This document shows positions 31,738 through 40,623 of a stretch of DNA of 64,000 nt, in pieces (position 1 is the first letter of the stretch; every line of letters starts with the position of its first letter). The notes under the pieces are model-generated. The model saw only the letters and a list, made by a program, of their open reading frames with translations. It was not told where the DNA came from and did no database searches. The DNA is from a bacterium (GTDB lineage Bacteria; Zixibacteria; MSB-5A5; GN15; FEB-12), in NCBI GenBank assembly GCA_043811375.1, contig JBDRNJ010000014.1, positions 67,050 to 131,049 on the forward strand, written 5' to 3'. The translations under genes and the position numbers were made by a program.

Positions 31738-32898
31738 ATGAGGAATGTTTGTGTTGTCGGCGTCGGCATGAGTCAATGGGGTGAAGTGTGGAAAAAGTCA
31801 CTTCGCCGGCTCTTTGTCGATGCTGCCATAGATGCGATTAACAACGCCGGAGTGGACCGGCTTGATTCGTTATATGTCGGCTGCATGTCCAGCGGCCTGT
31901 TCGTGGGACAGGAACATATCGGCGCTTTGATGGCCGACTACCTGGGCATGAGAGGTCTTCCGGCGGCCCGGGTGGAATCAGCCTGTGCCTCGGGCGGAAT
32001 TGCGGTCCGGCAGGCGTTTATCGAAGTTGCTTCCGGAATGTCGGATATTGTAATGGCATCCGGTGTGGAGAAAATGACCGACTGTTCCGGCGGCGAGGCC
32101 ACGTTTGCTTTGGCGACGGCCGCCGATCAGGAGTACGAAGTCTTCCACGGCGCTACTTTTCCCGGCCTGTATGCCATGATGGCCCATGCCCACATGCACA
32201 AGTACGGCACTACCCGCGATATGCTCTCGGCGGTGGCGGTCAAGAACCATCGAAACGGCGCCAAGAACCCGGTCGCTCAGTACCCGTTTGAGATCAAGCT
32301 GGAACAAGTGGCCAACTCGGTAATGGTCGCCGACCCGTTGCACATTCTCGACTGCTCACCTATCACCGACGGCGCTGCGGCGGTGATCGTGGCATCGGAG
32401 GAAGTGGCCAAAAAACTCGGCAAACCGTATATAAGAATCACCGGTTCGGGTGCCGCGACTGACTGTATCCAGTTGGCACAGCGTGAAGATATGACCGCTA
32501 TCAAAGTTGCCGCGATCTCTTCCGAGCGGGCGTTGAAAATGGCCAGCAAAACGATTAAGGACGTGCAGTTCGCCGAAGTGCACGACTGCTTCACGATCGC
32601 CGAGCTGGCGGTGCTGGAGTCGATCGGCGTTTATGAACCGGGTAAAGCCGGAGCAGCCACACTGGCCGGAGAAACAGCGCTGGATGGCAAGTTCCCGGTC
32701 AACAGTTCCGGCGGACTTAAGTCCAAGAGTCACCCGGTCGGTGCTACCGGCGTGGCTCAGATAGTGGAAGTGTTTAAGCAGTTAACCGGTCAGGCGGAAA
32801 ACGGCCGCCAGATACCGGGCTCACCGAAAATCGGGATGGCACAGAACATGGGCGGTTCCGGGGCATCAGCAACCGTGCATATCATGGAGGTGGCGTGA
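31738..32898 (+). CDS. Archaeal / SCP2-type thiolase (acetoacetyl-CoA thiolase)
   Basis: RVESACASG (Cys), [38 protein letters not shown]. Confidence 0.9.
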   Translation: MRNVCVVGVGMSQWGEVWKKSLRRLFVDAAIDAINNAGVDRLDSLYVGCMSSGLFVGQEHIGALMADYLGMRGLPAARVESACASGGIAVRQAFIEVASGMSDIVMASGVEKMTDCSGGEATFALATAADQEYEVFHGATFPGLYAMMAHAHMHKYGTTRDMLSAVAVKNHRNGAKNPVAQYPFEIKLEQVANSVMVADPLHILDCSPITDGAAAVIVASEEVAKKLGKPYIRITGSGAATDCIQLAQREDMTAIKVAAISSERALKMASKTIKDVQFAEVHDCFTIAELAVLESIGVYEPGKAGAATLAGETALDGKFPVNSSGGLKSKSHPVGATGVAQIVEVFKQLTGQAENGRQIPGSPKIGMAQNMGGSGASATVHIMEVA

Positions 32899-33299
32899 TG
32901 ACTATGTTCAGTTCGCGCAACTGGAGAGAATACCCCCAGCGCTACCGTCTGGAGGCCTCGAAGTTCAAGAAAAGCGGTAAGACTTATTTCCCGCCGCGCA
33001 CCGTTGACCCGGAAACAGGCGACACTGAGTTTGAAACGGTCAAGTTGCCCGATACCGGTAAGGTGGTCACGTACACCGTTATCCGTATCGCTCCCGACCA
33101 GTGGACCGATGAAGCCCCCTATGCCCTGGCGGTAGTGGAGTTGACCGATGGTACCCGGCTGATGGGCCAGGTGACCGACTGCGATCCGGAAAAGGTCAAG
33201 ATCGGCACGGAAGTGCGCATCGAGTTTCGCCGCATTCAGTCGGAAGGTCACCACGGTGTGATCAGCTACGGCTACAAGTTCGTACCGAAGTGGTATTAG
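32895..33299 (+). CDS. DUF35 family OB-fold protein (thiolase/HMG-CoA synthase scaffold)
   Basis: [44 protein letters not shown]; overlaps the thiolase stop. Confidence 0.9.
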   Translation: MMTMFSSRNWREYPQRYRLEASKFKKSGKTYFPPRTVDPETGDTEFETVKLPDTGKVVTYTVIRIAPDQWTDEAPYALAVVELTDGTRLMGQVTDCDPEKVKIGTEVRIEFRRIQSEGHHGVISYGYKFVPKWY

Positions 33300-33435
33300 G
33301 TATTGACTGACCGGCCGGGATTGCTTTTGACTTTGTCCGCGGCCGGTTTGTTGCTACCTTGAATCGTCTGATTATGACAGGGAAGTCTGCACGAGGCCTG
33401 CAACCGGCAGACTCGTCAAATGGGAGGAGTTTGAC

Positions 33436-34419
33436 TTGCCGGCGTTAACTTCCGCTCGGAAGATAAGAATTGCCGCCCGTACGGCGGTCAATATTCTTCG
33501 CGGTAAACCGGTCACGGTTTCGTTTGAGGTAACCTACAACTGCAACGCCCACTGCGAGCACTGCGACCTGGGCGATTACGTCAAGGAACCGCGACTCGGT
33601 GGTGAGCATTTCGCCCGCTGGGTTGACAAACTCCGCCCGGCGGTAGCGCAGATTTCCGGTGGTGAGCCGCTACTGCGCAAGGATCTGCCGGATATCATCC
33701 GCAAGATGCGCCGGCGCGACCCTGTAGCGGTTTTTGTTCTGACCACCAACGTCACTCTCGTTGACGAGAAGAAATACCTGCAGCTCCGCGAAGCCGGGGT
33801 CGATCAGTTTTCGTTTTCGCTCGATTACCCGGACGAACGCCACAACGAATTCCGGCACCTCAAGAAAAATTTCGAGCATATCCGCGACCTCTGCTGTCAG
33901 GTGTCCCAATACGGCAACAACGACATCATCCTGGCCTGCGTGGTGCAAAGCGACAACTTCCACGACCTGCCGCGTATAGCCGAACTGGCCAAAGAATGGG
34001 GGGTGGCGGTTAATTTCAGCACTTACAACTCGCTGCGCACCGACAAGACCCACTACCTGATCAACAGCAACGGCCAACTTCAGGAACTCAAGCAGGTGGT
34101 TGACCGATTGGTTCAGATGCAAAACGACGGCTACCCGATCCTGACCTCGGAGTGGACGCTGCGGCAGATGATCCGTTTCTTCGCCAGCGGGCATCATCCT
34201 AACTGTCAGGCCGGACGGCGGTTTTTGATTGTCGGTCCCTGGGCCAAACTGACGCCGTGCGGGATGTTCCGCGAAAAGTACGACACGCAGGCGCAATTGA
34301 CGCGTGAGTTCACGGCCCACAACGACTGCGACAAATGCTTCACTGCTATCCGGGCCAACTCCGAAAAGTCTCCCTACCGGCTGCTGAAAGACGCCCTCCG
34401 GGTGGTCAGGAGGAAGTGA
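33436..34419 (+). CDS. Radical SAM protein with twitch/SPASM-like C-terminus
   Basis: CNAHCEHC, SGGEPLLR, SLD, C-terminal CQAG...PC...CDKC; ggagga RBS before TTG. Confidence 0.88.
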   Translation: MPALTSARKIRIAARTAVNILRGKPVTVSFEVTYNCNAHCEHCDLGDYVKEPRLGGEHFARWVDKLRPAVAQISGGEPLLRKDLPDIIRKMRRRDPVAVFVLTTNVTLVDEKKYLQLREAGVDQFSFSLDYPDERHNEFRHLKKNFEHIRDLCCQVSQYGNNDIILACVVQSDNFHDLPRIAELAKEWGVAVNFSTYNSLRTDKTHYLINSNGQLQELKQVVDRLVQMQNDGYPILTSEWTLRQMIRFFASGHHPNCQAGRRFLIVGPWAKLTPCGMFREKYDTQAQLTREFTAHNDCDKCFTAIRANSEKSPYRLLKDALRVVRRK

Positions 34420-34456
34420 GGGGGGAAATGGTGGGGTGTAAAGGAGGCTTAACAAA

Positions 34457-37400
34457 ATGAGCAACGGTATCAACAGCGGCGGATCGGCCCGGCAGATCAT
34501 CCGTCTCACCCAGATAGCGCTGGGGGATGACAAGTATCGGGTGGAAATCGCACTGGTGGGCACCGCCCCCCGCCAAACCGCACCCAGCCAATTCTCTTTT
34601 GCCATGACCGCCCAGGACCACGAGGATATCCGCTGGTATCTTGAGAACTACCTGGAGAACCCGCTCGATCCAGCGCCAAGTATCGCCAAAAGGATCGAAC
34701 AGCGCCTGACGGATATCGGCACCGAGCTTTTTGGAAAGATTTTCAGCGGCAGAGATGCCGTCCGGCTCTGGAATGCCGTCAGCGACAGTCTGGCCGAAAC
34801 GCGGGTGGAGATAATCACCACCGACGTCAGTGAAGCGGCTTCCATCCCCTGGGAACTGCTGCGCGACCCGGCCACCGATTCGCCGCTGGCGCTAAAGGCG
34901 GCAACTTTTGTCAGGACGCAGCCCCAGACGGCTCAGAGACCCCGCCTGCCGGAGCCGGGACCGGCCGAGGCTATTCGCATTCTGCTGGTTATCTGCCGCC
35001 CCTACGGTCGGGTCGATGTCCCCTTCCGGTCGGTGGCGTCGCGGTTGATCAAGGGGCTGGAGGAAAGTTCCCGTGAATCATTCCAGCTTGATGTTCTGCG
35101 ACCGGCCACCTATGAAGCGCTGGGCAAAAAACTGCGCGCCGCCAAGAATGCCGGTAAACCATATCACGTCGTCCACTTTGACGGCCACGGCACCTACGAT
35201 GAGATTTCCAGACCCGAACTGATGCTGTCACCTGAGCGGGAGGGCGCTCACGGCTACCTGCTGTTTGAAAACCCCCGGGTCGAGGAGAACTGTCTCTATG
35301 TGGACGGCCCCACTCTGGGCAGCCTGCTGGCCGACACCAACGTGCAGGTGATGGACCTCAACGCCTGCCGCTCGGCCTTTGCCAAAACACCCGATAAGCC
35401 GGTTGCCGCCGGGGCGGATTTTGACCGTCACGCCGCCGTGCGGGCTTATGGTTCGCTGGCGCAGGAACTGGTCGATCAGGGAGTGGCCGGGGTGGTTGCC
35501 ATGCGCTACAATGTCTACGTCGTTACGGCAGCGCAGTATGTGGCCGGCATGTATGCCGAACTGGTGCGCGGACACAGCCTGGGCGAAGCCGCCACGCTGG
35601 CCCGCAAGAACCTCGCCGATCAACCTCAGCGCCAGATAGCCTACGAGCCGACACCGCTGCAGGACTGGTGCGTGCCGGTTATCTGGGAGGCGGCCCCGAT
35701 CCGTCTCTTTTCAGAATCGACCGAAAAGAAAATCACTTTCACGCTCGGTGACAGCCGGACCGCGCCGGGGCGAGATGATATCGACGAAGCGATTAAGGAA
35801 CGGCCGGATGTCGGTTTCTTCGGGCGCGATGAAACGCTGCTGGCCCTGGACCGCGCCTTTGACAGCCAACGGGTCGTTTTGTTGTCGGCCTATGCCGGCA
35901 GTGGCAAAACCGAAACGGCCCGCGAATTCGCCCGCTGGTACAGTCTCACCGGAGGAGTTGAGGGTCCGGTCTTCTTTACATCGTTTGAACGTCACCAGAC
36001 TCTGGCGCAACTGCTCGGTCGGTTGGAGCCGATTTATGAGCAGATGCGTGGCGCGCAACTACCGCCCTGGATGACACTGAAACCGGCCGAGAAAAGGTCC
36101 ATTGCGCTGCAAATTCTGAAGCAGGTACCACTGCTCTGGATATGGGATAACGTGGAGCCGATTGCCGGTTTCCCGGAGGGCGCCAAGTCAGCCTGGTCCC
36201 CTGAAGAACAGGCCGAACTGGTCGACTTCCTGCGTGATGCCCGGCAGACACAAGCGAAGTTCCTGCTGACCTCGCGCCGCGATGAACGGGGCTGGCTGCA
36301 TGACCTGCCGGCGCGACTGACGTTGCCGCCGATGCCGATGCGGGAACGTATCCAGCTTACCCGCGAACTGGCCGCAAAGCAGAATCGCCGGCTGGGCGAC
36401 GTTCAGGACTGGCGGCCGTTACTGGATTACACGGCGGGCAACCCCATGACAATTACGGTTGTAGTCGGGCAGGCGCTTCGTGACAGGTTAACCAAGCCGG
36501 ATCAGATAGAGGCTTATGTTAACAGGCTGAGGGCCGGGGAAGCTGAGTTTACCGACGACAAGAAACAGGGTCGTACCCGGTCGCTGGGGGCTTCGCTCAG
36601 CTACGGTTTTGAGAATGCCTTTTCAGAAAAAGAACGCCGGATACTGGCCCTGCTGCACCTGTTTCAGGGATTTGTCGATGTCGATGCTCTGAAACTCATG
36701 GGCGACGAAGAGGATGACTGGCATCTTCCCGAAGTGAATGGTCTGACGCGCGAGAAAGGAATATCCCTGCTGGACCGCGCCGCCGAAATCGGCCTGCTGA
36801 CAGCACATGGAGACGGCTACTACTCTATCCACCCGGCTCTCCCCTGGTTCTTCAAGTCGGAGTTTGGGGCTTCTTATCCCGAGCGATCAGATTCTGATTC
36901 TGAGTCTCCTGCCATGAAAGCCACCCATGCCTTTGTGGAGGCAGTCGGGGAACTGGGGATTTTCTATTCCCATCAGTACGAGGGCGGGAATCGGGATGTG
37001 ATAGCCGCCCTGACAGCCGAGGAAGCCAACCTGCTCCACGCCCGGCACCTCGCCATAGCCCACGACTGGTTTTCTCCGATCATCACAACTATGCAGGGAT
37101 TGCGGCCGCTGTATGACCAGACCGGCCGCCGAACCGAGTGGAAACAACTGGTGGAAGAAATACTCCCTTTGTTTGTTGATGAAAAAACAGATGGCCCGTT
37201 GCCGGAACGGGAAGGGCAATGGTCGATTGTTACCCAGTACCGTGTTCTGCTAGCGCGAGAAGAACGTGACCTGGAAACGGCCGAGCGGTTGCAGCTACTT
37301 CGTATCGAATGGAACAGGCGGCGCGCTGCCTCTGCTCTTAAGATACCGAAAAGTTCCCTGAATGAGAGGCAGCGTAATGCTATCCGGACCCTGGCCACCT

Positions 37401-38110
37401 CGCTGCACGAACTTGGACAAATCCAGCGGGAAGTCGGACGAGCAGAATGCGTCAAGACGTACGAGGAGGACTTTGAGCTATCGATGCGTATTGGCGACCG
37501 CGCAGGGGCTGCAGTGACCGCAATTAATCTCGGGACTACCTACATCGACCTGCCTGACTTGCGTAACCTTGATGAGGCTGCGCGCTGGTGCCAAAAGAGT
37601 CACGACCTCTCTGACAAGCGTGATCGACTGGGCAGAGGGCGATGCACCATTCAACTGGGAACAGTAGCCCTGGAACGCTTCGAGGATGCGCACCAAGCGG
37701 ATCGGCCGGAGAAGGAACAGCGTAAGCACCTCAATGAGGCGCTTGGCAGGTATTATGAATCGCTGGAACTGCTGCCTGAAAATGCCGTGGATAATCTGGC
37801 TGTGATCCACAACCAACTGGGAATTGTATACGTGCATGCAGGTGATGTGCAGCAGGCGCTACGCCACTACGACACAAGCGTCAAATACAAGGAAGAGGCC
37901 GGCAATGTCTTCGGAGCCGGCCAGACGCGGTATAATGTCGCTTTGTTGCTTGCAAATGCGAATCGCTTGCCGGATGCGCTGGCCTACGCGAAGGCGGCCC
38001 TGCGAGATTTTGACCCTTATGGCGACCGAGCCAAAGACATGATCGAAAAGACGCAGCGGCTGATAGCACAGATAAAAAAGGATATCAGCAAGCAGGGCCA
38101 GGGGAAGTGA
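34457..38110 (+). CDS. CHAT (caspase-like) protease - NB-ARC-type STAND ATPase - TPR protein
   Basis: HVVHFDGHG and LNACRS dyad motifs, FFGR, AGSGKT Walker A, LWIWDNVE Walker B, LLTSR, GNP, YSIHP, C-terminal TPRs. Confidence 0.88.
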   Translation: MSNGINSGGSARQIIRLTQIALGDDKYRVEIALVGTAPRQTAPSQFSFAMTAQDHEDIRWYLENYLENPLDPAPSIAKRIEQRLTDIGTELFGKIFSGRDAVRLWNAVSDSLAETRVEIITTDVSEAASIPWELLRDPATDSPLALKAATFVRTQPQTAQRPRLPEPGPAEAIRILLVICRPYGRVDVPFRSVASRLIKGLEESSRESFQLDVLRPATYEALGKKLRAAKNAGKPYHVVHFDGHGTYDEISRPELMLSPEREGAHGYLLFENPRVEENCLYVDGPTLGSLLADTNVQVMDLNACRSAFAKTPDKPVAAGADFDRHAAVRAYGSLAQELVDQGVAGVVAMRYNVYVVTAAQYVAGMYAELVRGHSLGEAATLARKNLADQPQRQIAYEPTPLQDWCVPVIWEAAPIRLFSESTEKKITFTLGDSRTAPGRDDIDEAIKERPDVGFFGRDETLLALDRAFDSQRVVLLSAYAGSGKTETAREFARWYSLTGGVEGPVFFTSFERHQTLAQLLGRLEPIYEQMRGAQLPPWMTLKPAEKRSIALQILKQVPLLWIWDNVEPIAGFPEGAKSAWSPEEQAELVDFLRDARQTQAKFLLTSRRDERGWLHDLPARLTLPPMPMRERIQLTRELAAKQNRRLGDVQDWRPLLDYTAGNPMTITVVVGQALRDRLTKPDQIEAYVNRLRAGEAEFTDDKKQGRTRSLGASLSYGFENAFSEKERRILALLHLFQGFVDVDALKLMGDEEDDWHLPEVNGLTREKGISLLDRAAEIGLLTAHGDGYYSIHPALPWFFKSEFGASYPERSDSDSESPAMKATHAFVEAVGELGIFYSHQYEGGNRDVIAALTAEEANLLHARHLAIAHDWFSPIITTMQGLRPLYDQTGRRTEWKQLVEEILPLFVDEKTDGPLPEREGQWSIVTQYRVLLAREERDLETAERLQLLRIEWNRRRAASALKIPKSSLNERQRNAIRTLATSLHELGQIQREVGRAECVKTYEEDFELSMRIGDRAGAAVTAINLGTTYIDLPDLRNLDEAARWCQKSHDLSDKRDRLGRGRCTIQLGTVALERFEDAHQADRPEKEQRKHLNEALGRYYESLELLPENAVDNLAVIHNQLGIVYVHAGDVQQALRHYDTSVKYKEEAGNVFGAGQTRYNVALLLANANRLPDALAYAKAALRDFDPYGDRAKDMIEKTQRLIAQIKKDISKQGQGK

Positions 38111-38211
38111 CACCTGTACCCCACCCAGCGGGTGGGTTCTTGCCGACCTTGAAAGGAAACACCGAATCAAGACCCACTTGTTATGTGGGGTACAAGAATG
38201 GTGAGACATCG

Positions 38212-38793
38212 TCAGGTAGAAGCGGCTTGCCGCCGCTGGCGGGCGGCCTCGAAAAGACAGACGCCGGTGGCCACTGAGACGTTGAGGCAGGAGACGGCAC
38301 CGGACATCGGAATATGGGCGCGAAAATCGCAGATCTCGGCCGTGAGACGCCGCAGCCCCTGTCCCTCCGCGCCCATCACAATCGCCATCGGCCCGGTCAG
38401 GTCAATGTCATAGATCGATTGCTCGGCCCTGTCGGTGGCCCCCATCAGCCAGACACCGGCTTTCTGCAACTGCTTGAGCGTGCGGGCCAGGTTGGTCACC
38501 GTCACCAGCGGCAGATGTTCGGCCGCTCCACAGGCGATACGCCGCACCGTGTCGGTCAACGATACCGAGCGGTCTTTGGGCACAATCACGGCATGCACAC
38601 CGGCGGCATCGGCGGTGCGCATACAGGCGCCCAGGTTGTGGGGGTCCTGCACGCCATCGAGAACCAGCAGGAACGGCACTTCGTCAAGGCCATCCAGTAA
38701 AGCAAACAGGTCGTCCTCGTTGCGCACACGGACGTCGACGGTGTAGTCGGTGTGTCGGTGGCTACGTGCGGATTGTGAGCGTGATTTCTTCAT
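38212..38793 (-). CDS. SpoU family rRNA methyltransferase, RlmB-like catalytic domain only
   Basis: [36 protein letters not shown]...LNVSVA; short N-terminus. Confidence 0.85.
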   Translation of the reverse strand: MKKSRSQSARSHRHTDYTVDVRVRNEDDLFALLDGLDEVPFLLVLDGVQDPHNLGACMRTADAAGVHAVIVPKDRSVSLTDTVRRIACGAAEHLPLVTVTNLARTLKQLQKAGVWLMGATDRAEQSIYDIDLTGPMAIVMGAEGQGLRRLTAEICDFRAHIPMSGAVSCLNVSVATGVCLFEAARQRRQAAST

Positions 38794-38908
38794 TGTCAGT
38801 TACAACCGTACCCCAGCCAACGGGCCTGTTATTTCAGCGATTATATGCGCCCATGATGTGCTGTCATGCGACTCTGCATAACAGCTTGTTCGGACAACCG
38901 TGTCAGGC

Positions 38909-38941
38909 AAAAAGAAACCGGCACCGAGGCGTCGGTTTCTT
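38909..38941 (-). terminator. Intrinsic terminator after the acidic lipoprotein gene
   Basis: Minus strand aagaaaccgac-gcctcggt-gccggtttctttttg. Confidence 0.65.
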
Positions 38942-38959
38942 GTGCTCTGGTAATAACCA

Positions 38960-40408
38960 TCAAAACCGTCTGATATCGACCACAATCTTGGGAAAACCTA
39001 TTCTGGAATCATTGGTGTGATATCGCGGCCATACGCTGAATTCCTCAAGTCTACCCACGTAGTCCACGAGCTGACTCGGATACTCAGGGAGTTTTCCGAT
39101 AAAGGCAAACAGCGGGAAATTGGTTGTGGTATCACTGAAATTATTTGGTTCCAGCGTGATAAAGACCGTGCCGCGGATGCCGCCCGGCACCAGCCCGCCG
39201 AGACTCCAGACAAACGGCATATCCTCGAGGAAATCCTCGCCCGTGAAGGGCGGTATCAGTTGTACGCCCGAATCACCTATGGTAAACGGGTTGTCATAAT
39301 CGGGCCACCTGGGGTCGGCAAAAGTCCCGGTGGTCAACAAACCGCCTTCGATACCCGGTATCAGGGAGTCGCTGGGATTCTGGTTGATTTCATAAGCCGG
39401 TGGAGTTATGGTGCCCAGCGCCGAAGTCGGAATTGTGGGTGATACCACCCAGCCCTTGTAGGTCCAGCCCCAGGACGAATAGTCCGGCATGCCGAAGTCA
39501 TACTGAATAAAATCGTCGAAATAGAAAGAATCCAGTACACCCACCGTGTAATAGTACATAGTTTCCTTGTTGTCGATCTGCGTGTAGGGCCAGGAGGAAT
39601 CGGCTTTCAGCAGGGAGTCGAAGCGAACAATCCTGTTAGTCCGGGACTCGATGGCCTCTATGGTACCATCCGGCAAAGTATCGGGACCGAACAGGCGAAC
39701 AGTGTCCTTGGATATAATATTCTCAATGCTGTCCAGATACCATACGATAGTATCCTGGGGCAGTGAGTCATCTTCCAGGTAGACCAGATCAAAGCTGTCA
39801 AGGCTGATCGTATCCTGCACGGAATCCTGCTTTACCACATAGCTGCAGAACCATATCCCGTAGCCATCATAACGAGTCCGATCAGTATCGGAGGGGGTCT
39901 CCATATTGAAGACAACGGCTGCGTTCCAAAGAGAATCCGACAGGGGAAAGACCATCTCAACCTGATTACTGGTGGGGGCGGTAATGCGGTCAATCAGCAT
40001 AATCGGCCCGGGGGAAGCCGGCCAGTTGTCGGGATCAGTCTCGACCGAGACAAAAATGTCGGAGTAGTCAAGAACGTCTCCCGCCAGCATAAACAGGTTT
40101 GAATCGGATCTTTCTTCACCATCCTCGTTGAGGAAAACCATCAAAATCTGGTCATATCCGAATTTGCCCAGCGAGATAGTGTCATTGTCGTCGGCAACCC
40201 ATAGTTCGTAGAGCATACCGGTGGTATTGGTAGGTAAGTTTTGCACAGCCGGTGTATACGTACCCGGCACCACCGCGTTACCCCACAGGCGCAACTCAGT
40301 CTGGTCGATCCTGGTTAGAATATCATCAGGCTGTGAGCAACTGAAATAAGAACTGGCTGCGCACACCACTAAGACAGTGAGTACCAGACGGTTTCTGCGG
40401 CTTGTCAT
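38960..40408 (-). CDS. Acidic lipoprotein with two RskA-C-like repeats
   Basis: Signal peptide ending YFSC; repeated LYELWV...SLGKF...FVSVE and TYKGWV...TTGTF...FITLEP segments. Confidence 0.6.
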   Translation of the reverse strand: MTSRRNRLVLTVLVVCAASSYFSCSQPDDILTRIDQTELRLWGNAVVPGTYTPAVQNLPTNTTGMLYELWVADDNDTISLGKFGYDQILMVFLNEDGEERSDSNLFMLAGDVLDYSDIFVSVETDPDNWPASPGPIMLIDRITAPTSNQVEMVFPLSDSLWNAAVVFNMETPSDTDRTRYDGYGIWFCSYVVKQDSVQDTISLDSFDLVYLEDDSLPQDTIVWYLDSIENIISKDTVRLFGPDTLPDGTIEAIESRTNRIVRFDSLLKADSSWPYTQIDNKETMYYYTVGVLDSFYFDDFIQYDFGMPDYSSWGWTYKGWVVSPTIPTSALGTITPPAYEINQNPSDSLIPGIEGGLLTTGTFADPRWPDYDNPFTIGDSGVQLIPPFTGEDFLEDMPFVWSLGGLVPGGIRGTVFITLEPNNFSDTTTNFPLFAFIGKLPEYPSQLVDYVGRLEEFSVWPRYHTNDSRIGFPKIVVDIRRF

Positions 40409-40465
40409 CTATACTATCCTCCTCAAGTACTATTAAAACGTACCCAATAACTCTGTTAACTGCCA

Positions 40466-40495
40466 AGTATAACTGGTGGGCAAGAGCAGTGTCAA
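40466..40495 (-). promoter_or_regulatory. Sigma70-type promoter
   Basis: TTGACA, 18-bp spacer, TATACT on the minus strand upstream of 40408. Confidence 0.6.
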
Positions 40496-40623
40496 GCCAT
40501 TATTTGCAGGTCTTTTTGTCATAATTATCTGACGGTCAAGTCCGGTGGTTCATCTAAAGAAAAGATCGCCGCAAGTCGATAAATGGTAAAGAAACCGGGA
40601 ATACAGATACAAGGGAACTGCCT

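Noticed and set aside
30674..33299. PhlABC-type acetyltransferase (DAPG) cluster
   Set aside because: The first gene keeps the full HMG-CoA synthase catalytic set and no type III PKS gene is adjacent
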